This document shows positions 27,563 to 40,209 of a stretch of 64,000 nucleotides of DNA, in pieces. The notes under the pieces are model-generated. The model was not told where the DNA came from and made no database searches. It saw nothing but the letters and a program-made list of their open reading frames with translations. The position numbers and the translations under genes are program-made. Source of the DNA: Geosiphon pyriformis uo1 (taxonomy: Eukaryota > Fungi > Glomeromycota); NCBI GenBank assembly GCA_016748015.1, contig JAAOMT010000305.1:33687-97686 (forward strand). The letters are read 5' to 3'. Each line of letters starts with the position of its first letter. Position 1 is the stretch's first letter.

Positions 27563-30500
27563 TAGAATAGATGTATCAGTTAATATAGCAGAGAAAAAAA
27601 TTGTTAATAAGAGAGAAATTATCTCCACCTGTCAATCAATCTCTATTCTACCATATAACCAGTGCATAGTAACTATAAAAAAAAAGGTAAAGGATCAGGT
27701 ACAGATTTTTGAGGCAGAAGCAACACTTTGTGAATCAAGAAAGATTGGATTAGTCAATCTACATATACCAGCCAAGAATCACAAACACATCAAAATTTCC
27801 ATTTACAACAACATGAGAAATACCATTGAGATACCAGAAGAAACTATCATTGAATATTTAATCACTAAAATTAAAGACCAACTGTCAGACATTATTCCAG
27901 ATTTTCTACAACTATGTAGATATCTAGATATTATATTTCAAACAATATATAGACAAGAAGAATGTTATTTGTTCCAACCAAAACAATTGGAACAGATAAA
28001 CTTGGAAAATCTAAACCAACTACAATGTATGCAGCTCAAAATATTACTCAACAACTTCAATGATATTTTTGCCAGTTAAAATGAATTTGGCAAAACTGAC
28101 ATAATCCAGCATCAAATTAAGACTGGAGATACAATATCAATTAAGCAAAGAGCATACAGAGTACTACTAGCCAGCCATGAAATCATTTGTTAAGAAATCA
28201 ATTAGATGCTTGACAACAGGCTAATTCAGTCATCAATAAGCCCATGATTATTATCAGTAGTACTAGTCTGTAAGAAAAATAAGAAAATCCATTTTTGTGT
28301 GAATTATCAAAAACTGAATAGAATGACAAAAGGAGATAGTTGCCCAACACCAAAAATTTAAGAGCTGTTTGATGTTTTTGGAGAAAAGAAATGGTTTTCA
28401 ACTTTAGACTTAGACAGTAGTTACTGACAAGTAGCCATAAAACCAGAAGATAAAAAGAAAACAGTTTTTACAACATAAGAAGGAAATTTCAAATTCGAAG
28501 TTATGCCATTTGGCTTGATAAATATTCCTGCCACATTTTAACAATTCATGGAAATTGTCTATACTGGACTGCTATAGAAATCAGTAGTCATATACTTAGA
28601 TAACACCAATGTGTTCTCAAAGACCTTTAATAATCATTTGCATTATCTCCAACAAGTATTTGAAAGATCCAGATGAGCAGAATTAAAATTAAATGCAAAC
28701 AAATGCTTTTTTAGCAAAACAGAACTCAAGTTTTTGGGATATATTGTGAGCAAAGACAGTATCAAAATAGAACCAGATAAGATTGAGATTGTTAAGAACT
28801 TTCTAGTACCAAATAATTTCATAAAATTAAGAGCATTTTTGGAATTTGCTGGATACTACCACCACTTTATCAAAGACATTTCTAAAATAACTTAACCATT
28901 ATACCAACTTCAATCAAAAAACACCAAATATGAATGGATTAAAATTCGACAAAAAGCCTTTGACACACTGAGAAAAAAACTTATTCAAGCTCTAGTATTG
29001 ATTTATTCAAATCATAGTAAGCCATTCATAATCACAACAGATGCATCAGATTAAGCATTGGAAGCAGTACTATCTCAAAAAGGACTAGATAGATGAAAAC
29101 ACTCAGTAGCTTATGCCAGTAGAAGCTTGAATCCAGTTGAAAAAAACTATAGAACACCAGCATTAAAACACTTAGCAATCTATTGGGCTGTCAGCAAATG
29201 AAAAAAATACTTGAATCAAAAGTTTAATGTGTACACTAATCACAAAGACTTAATTTCAATCCAGAAGCAAGAATTTGGAGATAATTACTATGCCAGATAG
29301 AAAATAGAACTTTCACTATTTAATTATACAGTATATTACAAAAAAGAAAAAAAAAACGGAAATACTGATGGCTTGTTACAAATGAGACAAATTTAAAAAC
29401 ATTTCAACCCAAAAATATAACAAAAGATGAATATACAAAAATACTAACAATTCTAATATTATATAAATACTTAATTGTTCAAAAAAAAATTATCTTAAAA
29501 AAAACAAAATAACATAAAACAACAATCAAAATATTTTATCAACCATCAAAATATATTTTATTAGAAAAACAAAAAAAATCTGGATCAACCAACCAGAGTA
29601 ATTACAAAACCAGAGAAAAAGACAATATTGTTCAACATATATTCAGATTCAACAGCAAGACATTTTCATAAAAAAACAACCATAGAAAGAACCAGAAAAA
29701 GATACTATTGGCCATTTATGTATTCAAACATCATCCAATATATTCAAAATTGTAATGCTTGTCAGAGAAAAGGAAGAACAAGACTTAGTAAACCATTGAG
29801 ACCAATCAAAATGGGATAACTATTCAATCACATTGGAATTGACTTAGTCAGATCATTAACAATCACCAGCAAAGACAACAGATATATTACAGTAGTCATA
29901 AATTATCTCACAAAATGGCCAGAAGCAAAAACCATTCAAAAAGCAGATGCAGAATCTGTTGCCAAATTTGTTCATCAAGATTTGATCTGTTGACACAAAT
30001 GTCCAAAAAAACTATTATCAGATCAAAGAACTTACTTTGTAAATAGAACATTGGCAGAATTAAGTCAAAGATTTGGGATAAAAAGACCATTATCATTACA
30101 ATACTATCCATAAACAAATGGGTTAGTTGAAAAGTTTAATAGAATATTGTGTGAAGCAATTGCCAAAATCAGCCAAAAAAACTAGGATAAATGGGATTTG
30201 TTTATACTATTAGTATTATTTGCTTATTAGACAATGAAGCAAGACACTACACAAGCAACACTATTTAAATTAGTATATGGTAGAACAGCAACATTACCAG
30301 TTGAAATAGAAGTTAAGACATATTTAACAAAACCAATAACAGAAAAAAATTTTCAAAGAACATTGCTAAGAAGAACATATGACTTAATGGAGATACTGAA
30401 AAACAAATGGTGAAAAACAGCTGATAATATCCAAAAGTCACAAGAGAAACAAAAAAAAGACACAATAATCAACTACTAGATAAACCAGTTGAATTCAGGA

Positions 30501-31029
30501 TTAGAGACAAAGTACTTTTACATTATACTAAAATGGAAAAACAATGGAGTAAAAAATTTAACCCCAAATAGGATAGATCATTTCACATAAAAGAAATTCT
30601 AGGAAATAGAACTTATAAATTAAGGTTGAACAACAAAATCTTAACCAAAGCAGCACATAGAGATCAACTGAAACTATATCAAAATATAGTATTAGCATCT
30701 ACCAGTAATATTTTACAACTGAGAGCACAGAGAATACTAGTCCAACCAGATGAGATTCTACAAGATCTGGAACTAATCATAGTTATTGAACCAAACACAT
30801 CAAATTGAACAACCAAAAAAATATATAAAAACACAATATATATGACAAAAGCAACAAAAAAAAATAGAAATACCAAATTATATTCACACATTAGCTCAAC
30901 AATTGTTTCAGGCTTTAAATTAACAGCAAGTAAAAATGAAAATTATTATCAACAACCAAACAATCTGTTATCAAAACACCAAACAAAAAGGGAAAAGTAC
31001 ACTATACTAGCGACCACAAAAACAATCAA

Positions 31030-31499
31030 TAAACTGGTCAAATAAAATAGTAGAAAAAATAAAAAACACTTTTGGAAAAATAACTATCATGGTTTTAACA
31101 GAAAAACTGACAAAAAAAAATTAAAACAAATAGTTAAACCAACTTCCAATACCATATTGCTACTATCAATTGGGACAAAAAATAAATATTTAGAAGTTAT
31201 ATTTTGACAAATCCAAGAGAATCTTCAATCAAAAGATAATCCAAAACATTGAAGACATTATTGGAAAAAAAATAAACTTAACATTACATATCAGAACCAT
31301 ATATCAACTACACACTATATTTCAAAACTATTCAGAAGTATTGTTACACTCTGACATGGAAACAATAACCATCAACCAATGAGAAAGAATAAACAACTCA
31401 CAAATTGAAAAAATAAAGAGTAGGGTAGAACAAATATTACTTGAAAAAGAAGTATTTGACATAATTCAAAATGAGAATTTCAATAAAGCTCAATATTAA
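31030..31499 (+). pseudogene. Extra 3' ORF of element B between integrase and PPT (also in A ~38700-39215 and C ~13995-14450)
   Basis: Reads ...LPIPYCYYQLGQK...KIIQNIEDIIGK...HIRTIYQLHTIFQNYSEVLLH...ENFNKAQY*, ending at the PPT. A ends FDEAQY*. Start uncertain. Confidence 0.65.
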
Positions 31500-31512
31500 A
31501 AGGAGGAAATAA

Positions 31513-32356
31513 TGTTATTTATAAAAAAAAAATCAGATATAAAAAATAATAGACCAATAAAAAAGTAGTAGTTAGTACATGAGCATATTGTTTAGCAATA
31601 TGGAATGATATTAGAAAATTAGGGCATATTGCTCAACAATGTGAGTATTGCTTAAGAAATCATAACACATTGCTCAAGAGTGTAAGTAATCTCATAAAAC
31701 ATAAATTAGGTATATATAGCAGTAGCATTAAAAACAAAAAAGACAGATCTTTTAGTTTAAACTTGATCTAAGCAACCTTTACATCACAAATATCAATAAA
31801 TAATTATTCACTATCTCAAATTCACTTTATTATCAACACTTTATGTTGATAAAAATTGATACTTAACTATACTGGAACAATAGCTTTTGATCATGACTAT
31901 TAACAGAATATTAATATTTATTGCCTCGGCTTATTTTTTTATTTTCTTTTATTTTTTTGTTATTTTTTTTTGTTTTGCTAATTGATTAAAAAAAAGTAAG
32001 CACTGAATTATTGATGTTAAGGATAGCCTGATAAAAGACCCCAAAGGAAAAGTATAAAGTTTGATAATTTAAGAATAGCTTACCAAAAGGGCATCTCTGT
32101 CAGATTACTGGCCACCATGCTAAGAAAAAAATTTGATAAAATTGCAATTCTGAAAGGCTATTGTGAAAACAATTATTGAATTTTTGTCTATTATACAAAA
32201 AACTTAACAACCCAATCTTTAGACTATCAACACCTTTAGATTAACACAAATCTTTAGATACAGACAACTTACAAGTCTTACCAATCATCAAATCAATTGA
32301 GCACCAAATTATGAATTTGTTATTTGATTTGAGACCCCAAATAATCACCTGTAATA
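31513..32356 (+). repeat. 3' LTR of element B
   Basis: Follows AAAGGAGGAAATAA. TGTTAT...CCTGTAATA. Confidence 0.93.
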
Positions 32357-32791
32357 CCAGCAATCTTTTAATAAGTAATCTTAAATTTAAGTATCTATTC
32401 TCTTGCAAAAGTCTTTTATCAGGCAATTTTTAATGTCAATAACTCAGTACTTAATTTTTAATCAATTATTATACAACAAAACAAAACAAAAAAATAAAAT
32501 AAAATCAAAACAAAAAAAAATAAGCCAAGGTACTTTAAAGATTATAATTCTATTAATAGTTATAATCAAGAGCTATTGGTTCAATATAATTAAGTATTAA
32601 TAATTATCAATATAAGTTGTTAATAGAAAAAAAATAAATTGTGATAGTAACAAGTATTTTATTGATATTTAATGTTTTCACTTCAAGTTATAGAATATTA
32701 TTGTATGAAGAAATAAGTATAAAATTGGAACTGGAGATTTTAAACTAAGAATTTTTTTTTTCTGGTTTTAATACTATTACTATATATACAT

Positions 32792-33765
32792 TGTTACCAA
32801 AGATTTTTGGTTTCTTTTTTTGAATGTTAATAATGTTTATTTGTTGTAAATTCACATTTTTTAGAAGCAGTTAAATCTCCAATAACTGAATTTATCTTCA
32901 AATTATCTCTCATAATTTGAACTGCTGGGTTTATAAGTAAAATGGCCAATTTCGTGCTAGTTACTTTGTGTAGTTATGTTGTAGTAAATGTCAACTCTTT
33001 TCCAAAAATTGTTTATCTAAAAGCTTACTAAAAATGTGTAGTTACTTTGCTGTAAAAGTCAACTCTTCTATAAAAATTTTGTTTGTAGACTACCCTAATA
33101 ATTGTAATAAGAAAATAAAAGAAAAATAAAAAAAGTGTAAAAGAAATAGAATTTTGTTAAGAGAAACGTTTTCTATTCAGGCCTGAAGTTATTAACAGAT
33201 TACTAAAATTGGTAGCTAATCAATTTCGAAATATTAGTTGTCTTAAGGAAATTTCAAGTATAATAATTTAAAGAATTTGTTTTCAAATATTTAATTTTTA
33301 TTTAAAATGTGTAAAAGATGATTTGTTTCAATAAAGATATCTAAAATAAGATACTATGTTATAATACTATATAAGAAAATACATTTTCTTGAAGAGAAAA
33401 GCTCTTCTTTTATACAACTTGTTATAGTATTAGTCTTTAAACTTGCACTTTTCTCTTTGCTCTAATTTTGGTGAATTAAAGATACAATTCAGTGAACTAC
33501 AAGTTATTTCACTGAATTAATAATTATTTCGGCCAATTTTCATTAATTTCGGCGAATTTTGACTATGTTAAATGGTTTAAGGTATTGTGTAATTTGATCA
33601 TCTTAATTTCTATAATACAAATCAGATTATTGATTAAGTAATGATATTTGATAATTTGACTAAATAATAAGTAATAATCGAAATAATAATAATATATGCT
33701 AATTAATAATAGGAATTATAAGGGTAATTTTATGCTAATTAATAGCTAAAATTCTACTGGTAACA
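32792..33765. mobile_element. Solo LTR D (974 bp), unrelated family, inside the 5' LTR of C
   Basis: Inverted 8-bp termini TGTTACCA...TGGTAACA. Perfect ACAT TSD (32788-32791, 33766-33769). The empty site is visible in C's other LTR at ~13736-13740. Confidence 0.88.
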
Positions 33766-36700
33766 ACATAAATTTCATTATACAAGATATTTTGAATTCC
33801 TCCATTTTCTAGCCAGAAATTTTGGAATTCTGTAATTTCTTAAGAAAAATTCTGAAATTCTGGAATCTTGCAATTTCTTATACAAGAATTCTGTAATTTT
33901 GGAATCCTGCAATTCTTCTGAAAGAAATCCTAGAATTCTATTTTTACTATATTTTATTCTGATTGACTAATTTGTGTACTAATATATAATTTTTATATTC
34001 TATAAATAACAGCATTGATTATGACAAAAATTGTTAACAATAGGCATATATTATGGCAACAACAAAGAATAGCCAATAACAACCAAGTATTATTGTTATT
34101 TATGTGTCTTTAAATGCTTTGGATGACCCAAATAACAAGAAAAATAGAACAATGAGCCTTGCTTCACATATGTAATGACTTTTTCTAATGAAAAAATGTG
34201 AAATAACATTTCTGAACAAGAAAAAACACGTAATGAATTATGCTAATATATGATTCTAATCAACACTTAGATACAAAAAAAGACTTCAATTAATGCTGCT
34301 TGAAAATAAGCACTTATATGTTTGAGAAGCTGTTTACATAATAAATACAAGATCTGAAAAATAACAAGTATTAAAGTTAAAGATGTTTTACCTAGAAAAA
34401 TATTGAAAATCAAAAATAACTCACTAACTCTTTCAGAATCTGAATTTGTCCTAACTTTTGATATTTTTAACAATGTCATAAACAATTTAGAACAATTTTA
34501 CAAGCACTATTAAGACTTAGCACTAATTAAGAAAAAACAAGAGCAAAAGCTAAAACAATTAAAAATAAAACTGTGTAAATATTGCTTAATTATCAGTAAC
34601 TTCAAATATTGTAACAATTGTGACCTTATTTACAATTTATTATCTTATATAATCTATTTAATTCTTAAAAAAAAAGAACCAATTAGTAAGTACATAACAG
34701 AATTAGAATCGAAATTTAATTATAATTTAAACTCTGATAATAATGACAACAACAGTTCTAACTTCATTTAAAATGGCAATAACAACAACAATAATTTAAA
34801 CTTCAATGAAAATCTTGAACAATATGTTGTGCTTTTAAACCTTTCAAAAAAGCAGAAACTCAAATAATTTAGTGACAATAATAAAGATATTATGTTAAAA
34901 TGCATGCATGATACCAATACAGAGTTTAATTTTAAATATCCAGAAAAAACTGTTATTTAATTGGAATCTTATTTGTGTATTAATATAAATTTAAAACTAG
35001 CACTAAAAATTCTGACAACAACAATAGTCCAACTAGTCTCTAGATCTAGTTTAACAATGAAAAAAATTAATATTATAGAAAAAATAATTAATACAAAATA
35101 TATAGAAAATATTATTGCAATATTACAAAATAACTCAGAAAAAAAATACATAATTAAATCAAATAAAAAGATAGCACAATTAATATTTCTGTCTCTGATT
35201 AAAATAGTTCAGTTAGTGTCAATAAGAATAAAAAAAAGTTAGGGATTACAATAAAAAAAATAAAAGGATTTGGATCAATAAATAGAATAAATATATCAAT
35301 TAATATAGCAGAAAATAAAACTATTGATAAGGAAAAAATTATCTCTACCAATTAATTCATTTTTATTTCTTTATATAACTAGTATAAGTTAGTTATAGAA
35401 AGAAAAATAAAAGACCAATTCCAAATTTTTAAAGCTGAAACAAACATTTGTAAATTAAAAAAAATTGCCATTACTAATCTCTACATATTAGTAAAGAACA
35501 ACAAATATATCAAATTCCAATATACAACATAATTAGAAACTTTATAAAAATACCAAGTAAAATTATTATTAGATATTTAAGCACTAAAATTAAGAATTAA
35601 GCACTACCATTTCAGATTTTTTACAATTATGCAGATATATAAATATTATATTACAGACAATATATAGATGAGAAAAATGTTATTTGCTATAATTAGAACA
35701 ATTAGAGCAAATAAACTTGAAAAATTTAAATCCACTTCAATGTATACAGCTCAAAATGTTACTTAACAATTTTACTAACATTTTTGCCAACAAAAATGAA
35801 TTTGGTAAAACAGACATTATTCAGCATCAAATCAAAACTAGAGATATAATGTCAATTAAACAAAGAATATACAAAATACCATTTACCAATCATAAAATTA
35901 TCTAACAAGAAATTAACAAAATATTAGACAACAGGTTAATTTAATCATTAATAAGTCCATAGTTATTACCAGTGATACTTATTTAGAAAAAAATTAGAAA
36001 AATTCACTTTTGTGTAAACTACAAAAAGCTCAATAGTATTACTTATGGAGACAACTATTTAATTTCATAAATACAAAAATTATTTAATGCTTTTGGAGAA
36101 AAAAAATGGTTCTTTATATTAAACTTGAACAGTAAATATTAGCAAGTAGCCATAAATTTAGCTAACAAAGAAAAAACTATATTTACTATCAGAAAAAAGA
36201 ATTTCGAATTCAATATTATATATTTTGGCTTAACCAATACTCCAGCCACTTTCTAATAGCTCATAGAAATTGTTTACACTAAATTACTATAGAAGTTAGT
36301 AATAGTTTACTTAGATAACACCAATGTACTCTTAGAAATATTTAATAATTATCTTTATTATTTTTAATAAATATTTGAAAAAATAAAAAAAGCAGGATTA
36401 AAATTGAATGCAACTAAGTGCTTTTTTGGAAAAACTAAACTCAAATTTTTGGAACATATTATAAGCAAAAATGGCATTAAAACAGACCCAAACAAAATTG
36501 AAATAGTTAAGAACTTTTTAGTACTAATAAACTTAATAAACTAAGAGCATTTTTGAAATTTATTGAATATTATTACTGCTTTATCCAAAATTTTTTCAAA
36601 CTGGCTTAATTATTTTATCAGCTCCAAGCCAAGAATGTTAAATATGAATCGACTAAAACTCAACAAAAAGCTTTTAATATACTAAAAAAAAAACTTATTC

Positions 36701-39228
36701 AAGCTTTAGTATTAATTTATTTGAATCATAACAAACTATTTATTATTACTACTGATACATCTAATTAAGCATTAAAAGCTATATTGTTTCAGAAAAAATT
36801 GAATAAATGAGAACATTCAATAACATATGCCAGCCAAAGTTTGAGGCCAGTTAAAAAGAACTATAGAATTTTAGTATTAGAATACTTAGCTATTTATTAA
36901 ATTATTATAAAATAAAAAATATTTAAGTCAAAAGTTTATGTGTATACTAATTACAAAAAATTGACATCAATCCAAAAACAAAATTTGGAGATGATTATCA
37001 TACAAAATAGAAAATAGAATTATTATTATTTAATTATACTATATATTATAAAAAAAAATAAAAATAAAAATGCTAACAGTTTGTTATGAATAAGACAAAT
37101 TTAAAAATATTTCAAACCCAAAACTATAACAAAAGATAAACACACAAAAATATTAATAATTTCAATATTATATTAATATTCAATAGTTTAAAAAAAAATT
37201 ATCTCAAAAAAAACAAAACTACATAAAACAATAATCAAAATATTTTATTATTTATTAAGATATATTATATTAGAAAAACAGAAAAGATCCAAATTAATCA
37301 CTCAGAGTAGTCACAAAACAAAAAAAAACAATATTGTTCAATATGTATGTAAATCCAATAGCAGAACATTTTCATAAAAAAGCAACTATGGAAAGAACCA
37401 AAAAAAAATACTATTGATCATTAATATATTTAGATATTATTCAATATGTTCAAAATTATGATGCTTGTCAGAGAAAAAGAAGAACAAGACTCAGTAAACC
37501 ACTAAGATCAATCAAAATAAGACAACTATTTAATTGAATTGAAATTGACTTAGTTGGATTATTAATAATAATCAGTAAAAGCAATTATTATATAACAATA
37601 GTCATAAATTATCTTACAAAATGACCAGAAACTAAAGCAATTCAAAGAGCAAATACAGAATCTATTGCCAAATTTATATACTAAGATTTAATTTATTAAC
37701 ATAGATGTCCAAAAAAATTATTATTAGATTAAAAAACTCACTTTGTAAACAGAATATTGACAGAATTAAGTCAAATATTTGGAATTAAAAGACTATTATT
37801 ATTACTATATTATTCATAAACCAATGATTTAATTGAAAAATTCAACAAAATATTGTGTAAAGCAATAACCAGAATCAGACAAAAAAACCAGAATAAATGA
37901 AATTTGTTTATATTATTAGTATTATTTGCTTATTAAACAATAAAGCAAGATATCACACAAACAATATTATTTGAACTTGTTTATGATAAAACAACAACAT
38001 TATCAATTGAGATAGATATTAACACATATTCAATAAAACCAATAACAAAAACCAATTTTTAAAAAACATTGTTAAAAAAACATATAACTTAATAAAAATA
38101 TTAGAAAACAAAAGACAAAAAGCAGCTAATAACATACAAAAGTTACAAGCAAAACAAAAAAAACGACACAATAACCAACTACCAAATAAACCAGTCGAAT
38201 TTAAGATTGAAAATAAAGTACTTTTATATTGTACCAAAATAGAAAAACAATGAAGTAGAAAATTTAACTCCAAATAAGACAGACCATTTTACATTAAAAA
38301 AATTCTTAAAAATAGAACTTACAAATTAAGATAAAACAACAAAATTTTAATAAAAGCAGTATATAAAGATTAATTGAAACCATATCACAATATAACATTA
38401 TTATTTACCAGTAATATTCCACAACTAAAAGTACAATAAATAATAGTTCAAATAGATGAAATTTCACAAGATCTAGAACTAATTATATTTATTAATACAA
38501 ACATGTCAAATTGATTTACAAAAAAAGTATTTAAAAGACATAGTATATATAACAAAAGCAACAATAAAAAAAAAGAGGAAAATTTTAGACCACATCTATA
38601 TGATGGTTCAACAATTATTCCAGACCATAAATTAACAACAATTAGACATAGAAATTGTTATCAATTACCAAATAATTTGATATCAAAACACAAAAAAAGA
38701 AAAAAAAGCAAGAATAATCCTATATTAGTGACCACAGAACTAAACAAAACATTGGTCAGATAAAGTTATAGAAAAAGTAAAGAACACTTTTGGAAAAATA
38801 CCAAGAATAATTCTAACAGAAGAGCTAACTAAAAAAAACTGGAAGCTATAAATAAAACAACTTTTAGTATTATACTCTTATTATCAGTTGAAACAAAAGC
38901 TGAATATTCAGAAATTTTATATTAATAAATTCAAAAAAATATTCAATTAAGAAATAGTATAACAGATTGAAGATTTTATTGAAAAGAAAACAAATTCTAT
39001 ACTATACATTAGAACAATTTACTGACTATACACTATATTTTAAAACTATTTAGAAATACTATTACACCAAAAAATAAAAACAATAATTATCAACCAATAA
39101 GGAAAAATAAACAACTTTTAATATAAAAAAATAAGGAACAGAATTGAACAAACAATGTTAAAAAAAAAGTAAGAAACTTAATCCAAAATAAAAATTTTGA
39201 TGAAGCTCAATATTAAAAGAGAAGATAA

Positions 39229-40209
39229 TATTACTTATAAAAAAGAGTACAAAAAAAAAGTAAGAAAAACAGATAAAAAAATAAACTAATAAGAAAATAG
39301 TACTTAGTAAGTAAGCACAATGTCAGAAAATTATAATACATTACTCAACAATGTGTATATTGTTAGTGAATTATGGCACACTGTTCAGCAATGAGTACAT
39401 TATTAATAAATTATAACACACTGCTTAGCAATAAGCATATTGTCAAAAAATTATGACACATTATTTAGTAATATGCACATTGTTAGAAAAATTAAGACAT
39501 ACTGCTCAAAAAATGTGTGATTTTATATAACAAAAATTATGTATATATAACGAAAATATTAGAAGCAAAAAAAGAGACAGAATTTGTTAAAGTTCTAAAT
39601 CTTCAATATTCTTTCTTTTAAAGATAATTTTCTATAACTTGAAGTAAAATTAAATCAATATTAATAAAATATCTACTTTTATCCGAATTCATGTTATTAT
39701 CATTTAATTAAGAATATTAATCAATTTTATTCTATCAACACTTTATGTTAATACCATTTAATACTTAACCACACTAGACCAATAACTTTTGATCATAGTT
39801 ATTAATAAGATACTAATTTTTTTTATTTTTTTTTTATTTTTTTATTTTTTATTTTTGTTTGTTTCATTTTTTTGTTGTTTACTAATTAATTAAAAGAATT
39901 AAGTGCTGAGTATTTGATGTCAAGAATAGTCTGGTAAAAAACTTAGGAATAAGAGTAAAAATTTAAAGATAGTTTATCAGAAAAGCACAACTGTTAGAAT
40001 AAACTGGCCATTATGCTGAAGTAAAAAATTCATAGAATACACTTCCAGAAGGGTACAAAACATCAATTGAATTTCTGTCCATTATACAAAAGACTCAACC
40101 AAAACCTTCAGACTCCAAAACCTTCAGAAAGTATCAACATTCACAACTATTGAGCACCAAGTTACAGGTTTGTTATTTGTTTCAATACCCCAAATAATTA
40201 CCTGTAACA
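39229..40209 (+). repeat. 3' LTR of element A
   Basis: Follows a purine tract. Starts TATTAC (decayed TGTTAC) and ends CCTGTAACA. Confidence 0.9.

Larger units (their letters stand above)
22330..32356 (+). mobile_element. Ty3/Gypsy LTR retrotransposon B, full length (~10.0 kb), uninterrupted but full of stops
   Basis: LTRs 22330-23194 and 31513-32356; TSD CCAA/CCAG; PBS 23197; capsid-like ~24150-24670; Zn knuckle CHYCDKQKHLQFEC ~24890; protease LILDSGSVGS ~25610; dUTPase 27165-27562; RT YLDN ~28592; RH TTDAS ~29035; IN with CNAC, IGIDL, LSDQ, GLVEKFN and a GPF-like motif; PPT ~31499-31512. Confidence 0.95.
13112..34011 (-). mobile_element. Ty3/Gypsy LTR retrotransposon C (same family, degenerate), inserted in A
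   Basis: 3' LTR 13112-13979; PPT 13980-13995; on the minus strand IN ~14810-15870, RH/RT ~16110-17410, dUTPase ~17935-18335, PR ~19730, gag to ~22080; PBS 22088-22104; 5' LTR 22107-34011 (interrupted). TSD ACAT (13108-13111) / GCAT (34012-34015). A's sequence rejoins across it and matches B at ~26280. Confidence 0.92.
9349..40209 (+). mobile_element. Ty3/Gypsy LTR retrotransposon A (dUTPase-bearing, degenerate), interrupted by element C at 13112-34011
   Basis: 5' LTR ~9349-10156 (first ~70 bp and left TSD missing); PBS at 10159; gag ~10200-11900; protease LIFDSSFVDS ~12530. Resumes at 34012: dUTPase ~34880-35280, RT (YLDN ~36310), RH, IN ~37330-38390, PPT ~39214-39228, 3' LTR 39229-40209. 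Confidence 0.9.

Noticed and set aside
13112-32356. Giant inverted repeat or DIRS-like element
   Set aside because: The inversion comes from related Gypsy copies in opposite orientation, each with its own direct LTRs and TSD.
10492-38273. Dozens of 60-190 aa ORFs as separate genes, or an alternative genetic code
   Set aside because: They are fragments or antisense shadows of gag-pol. Stop positions differ between copies and all three stop codons occur, which indicates mutation, not recoding.
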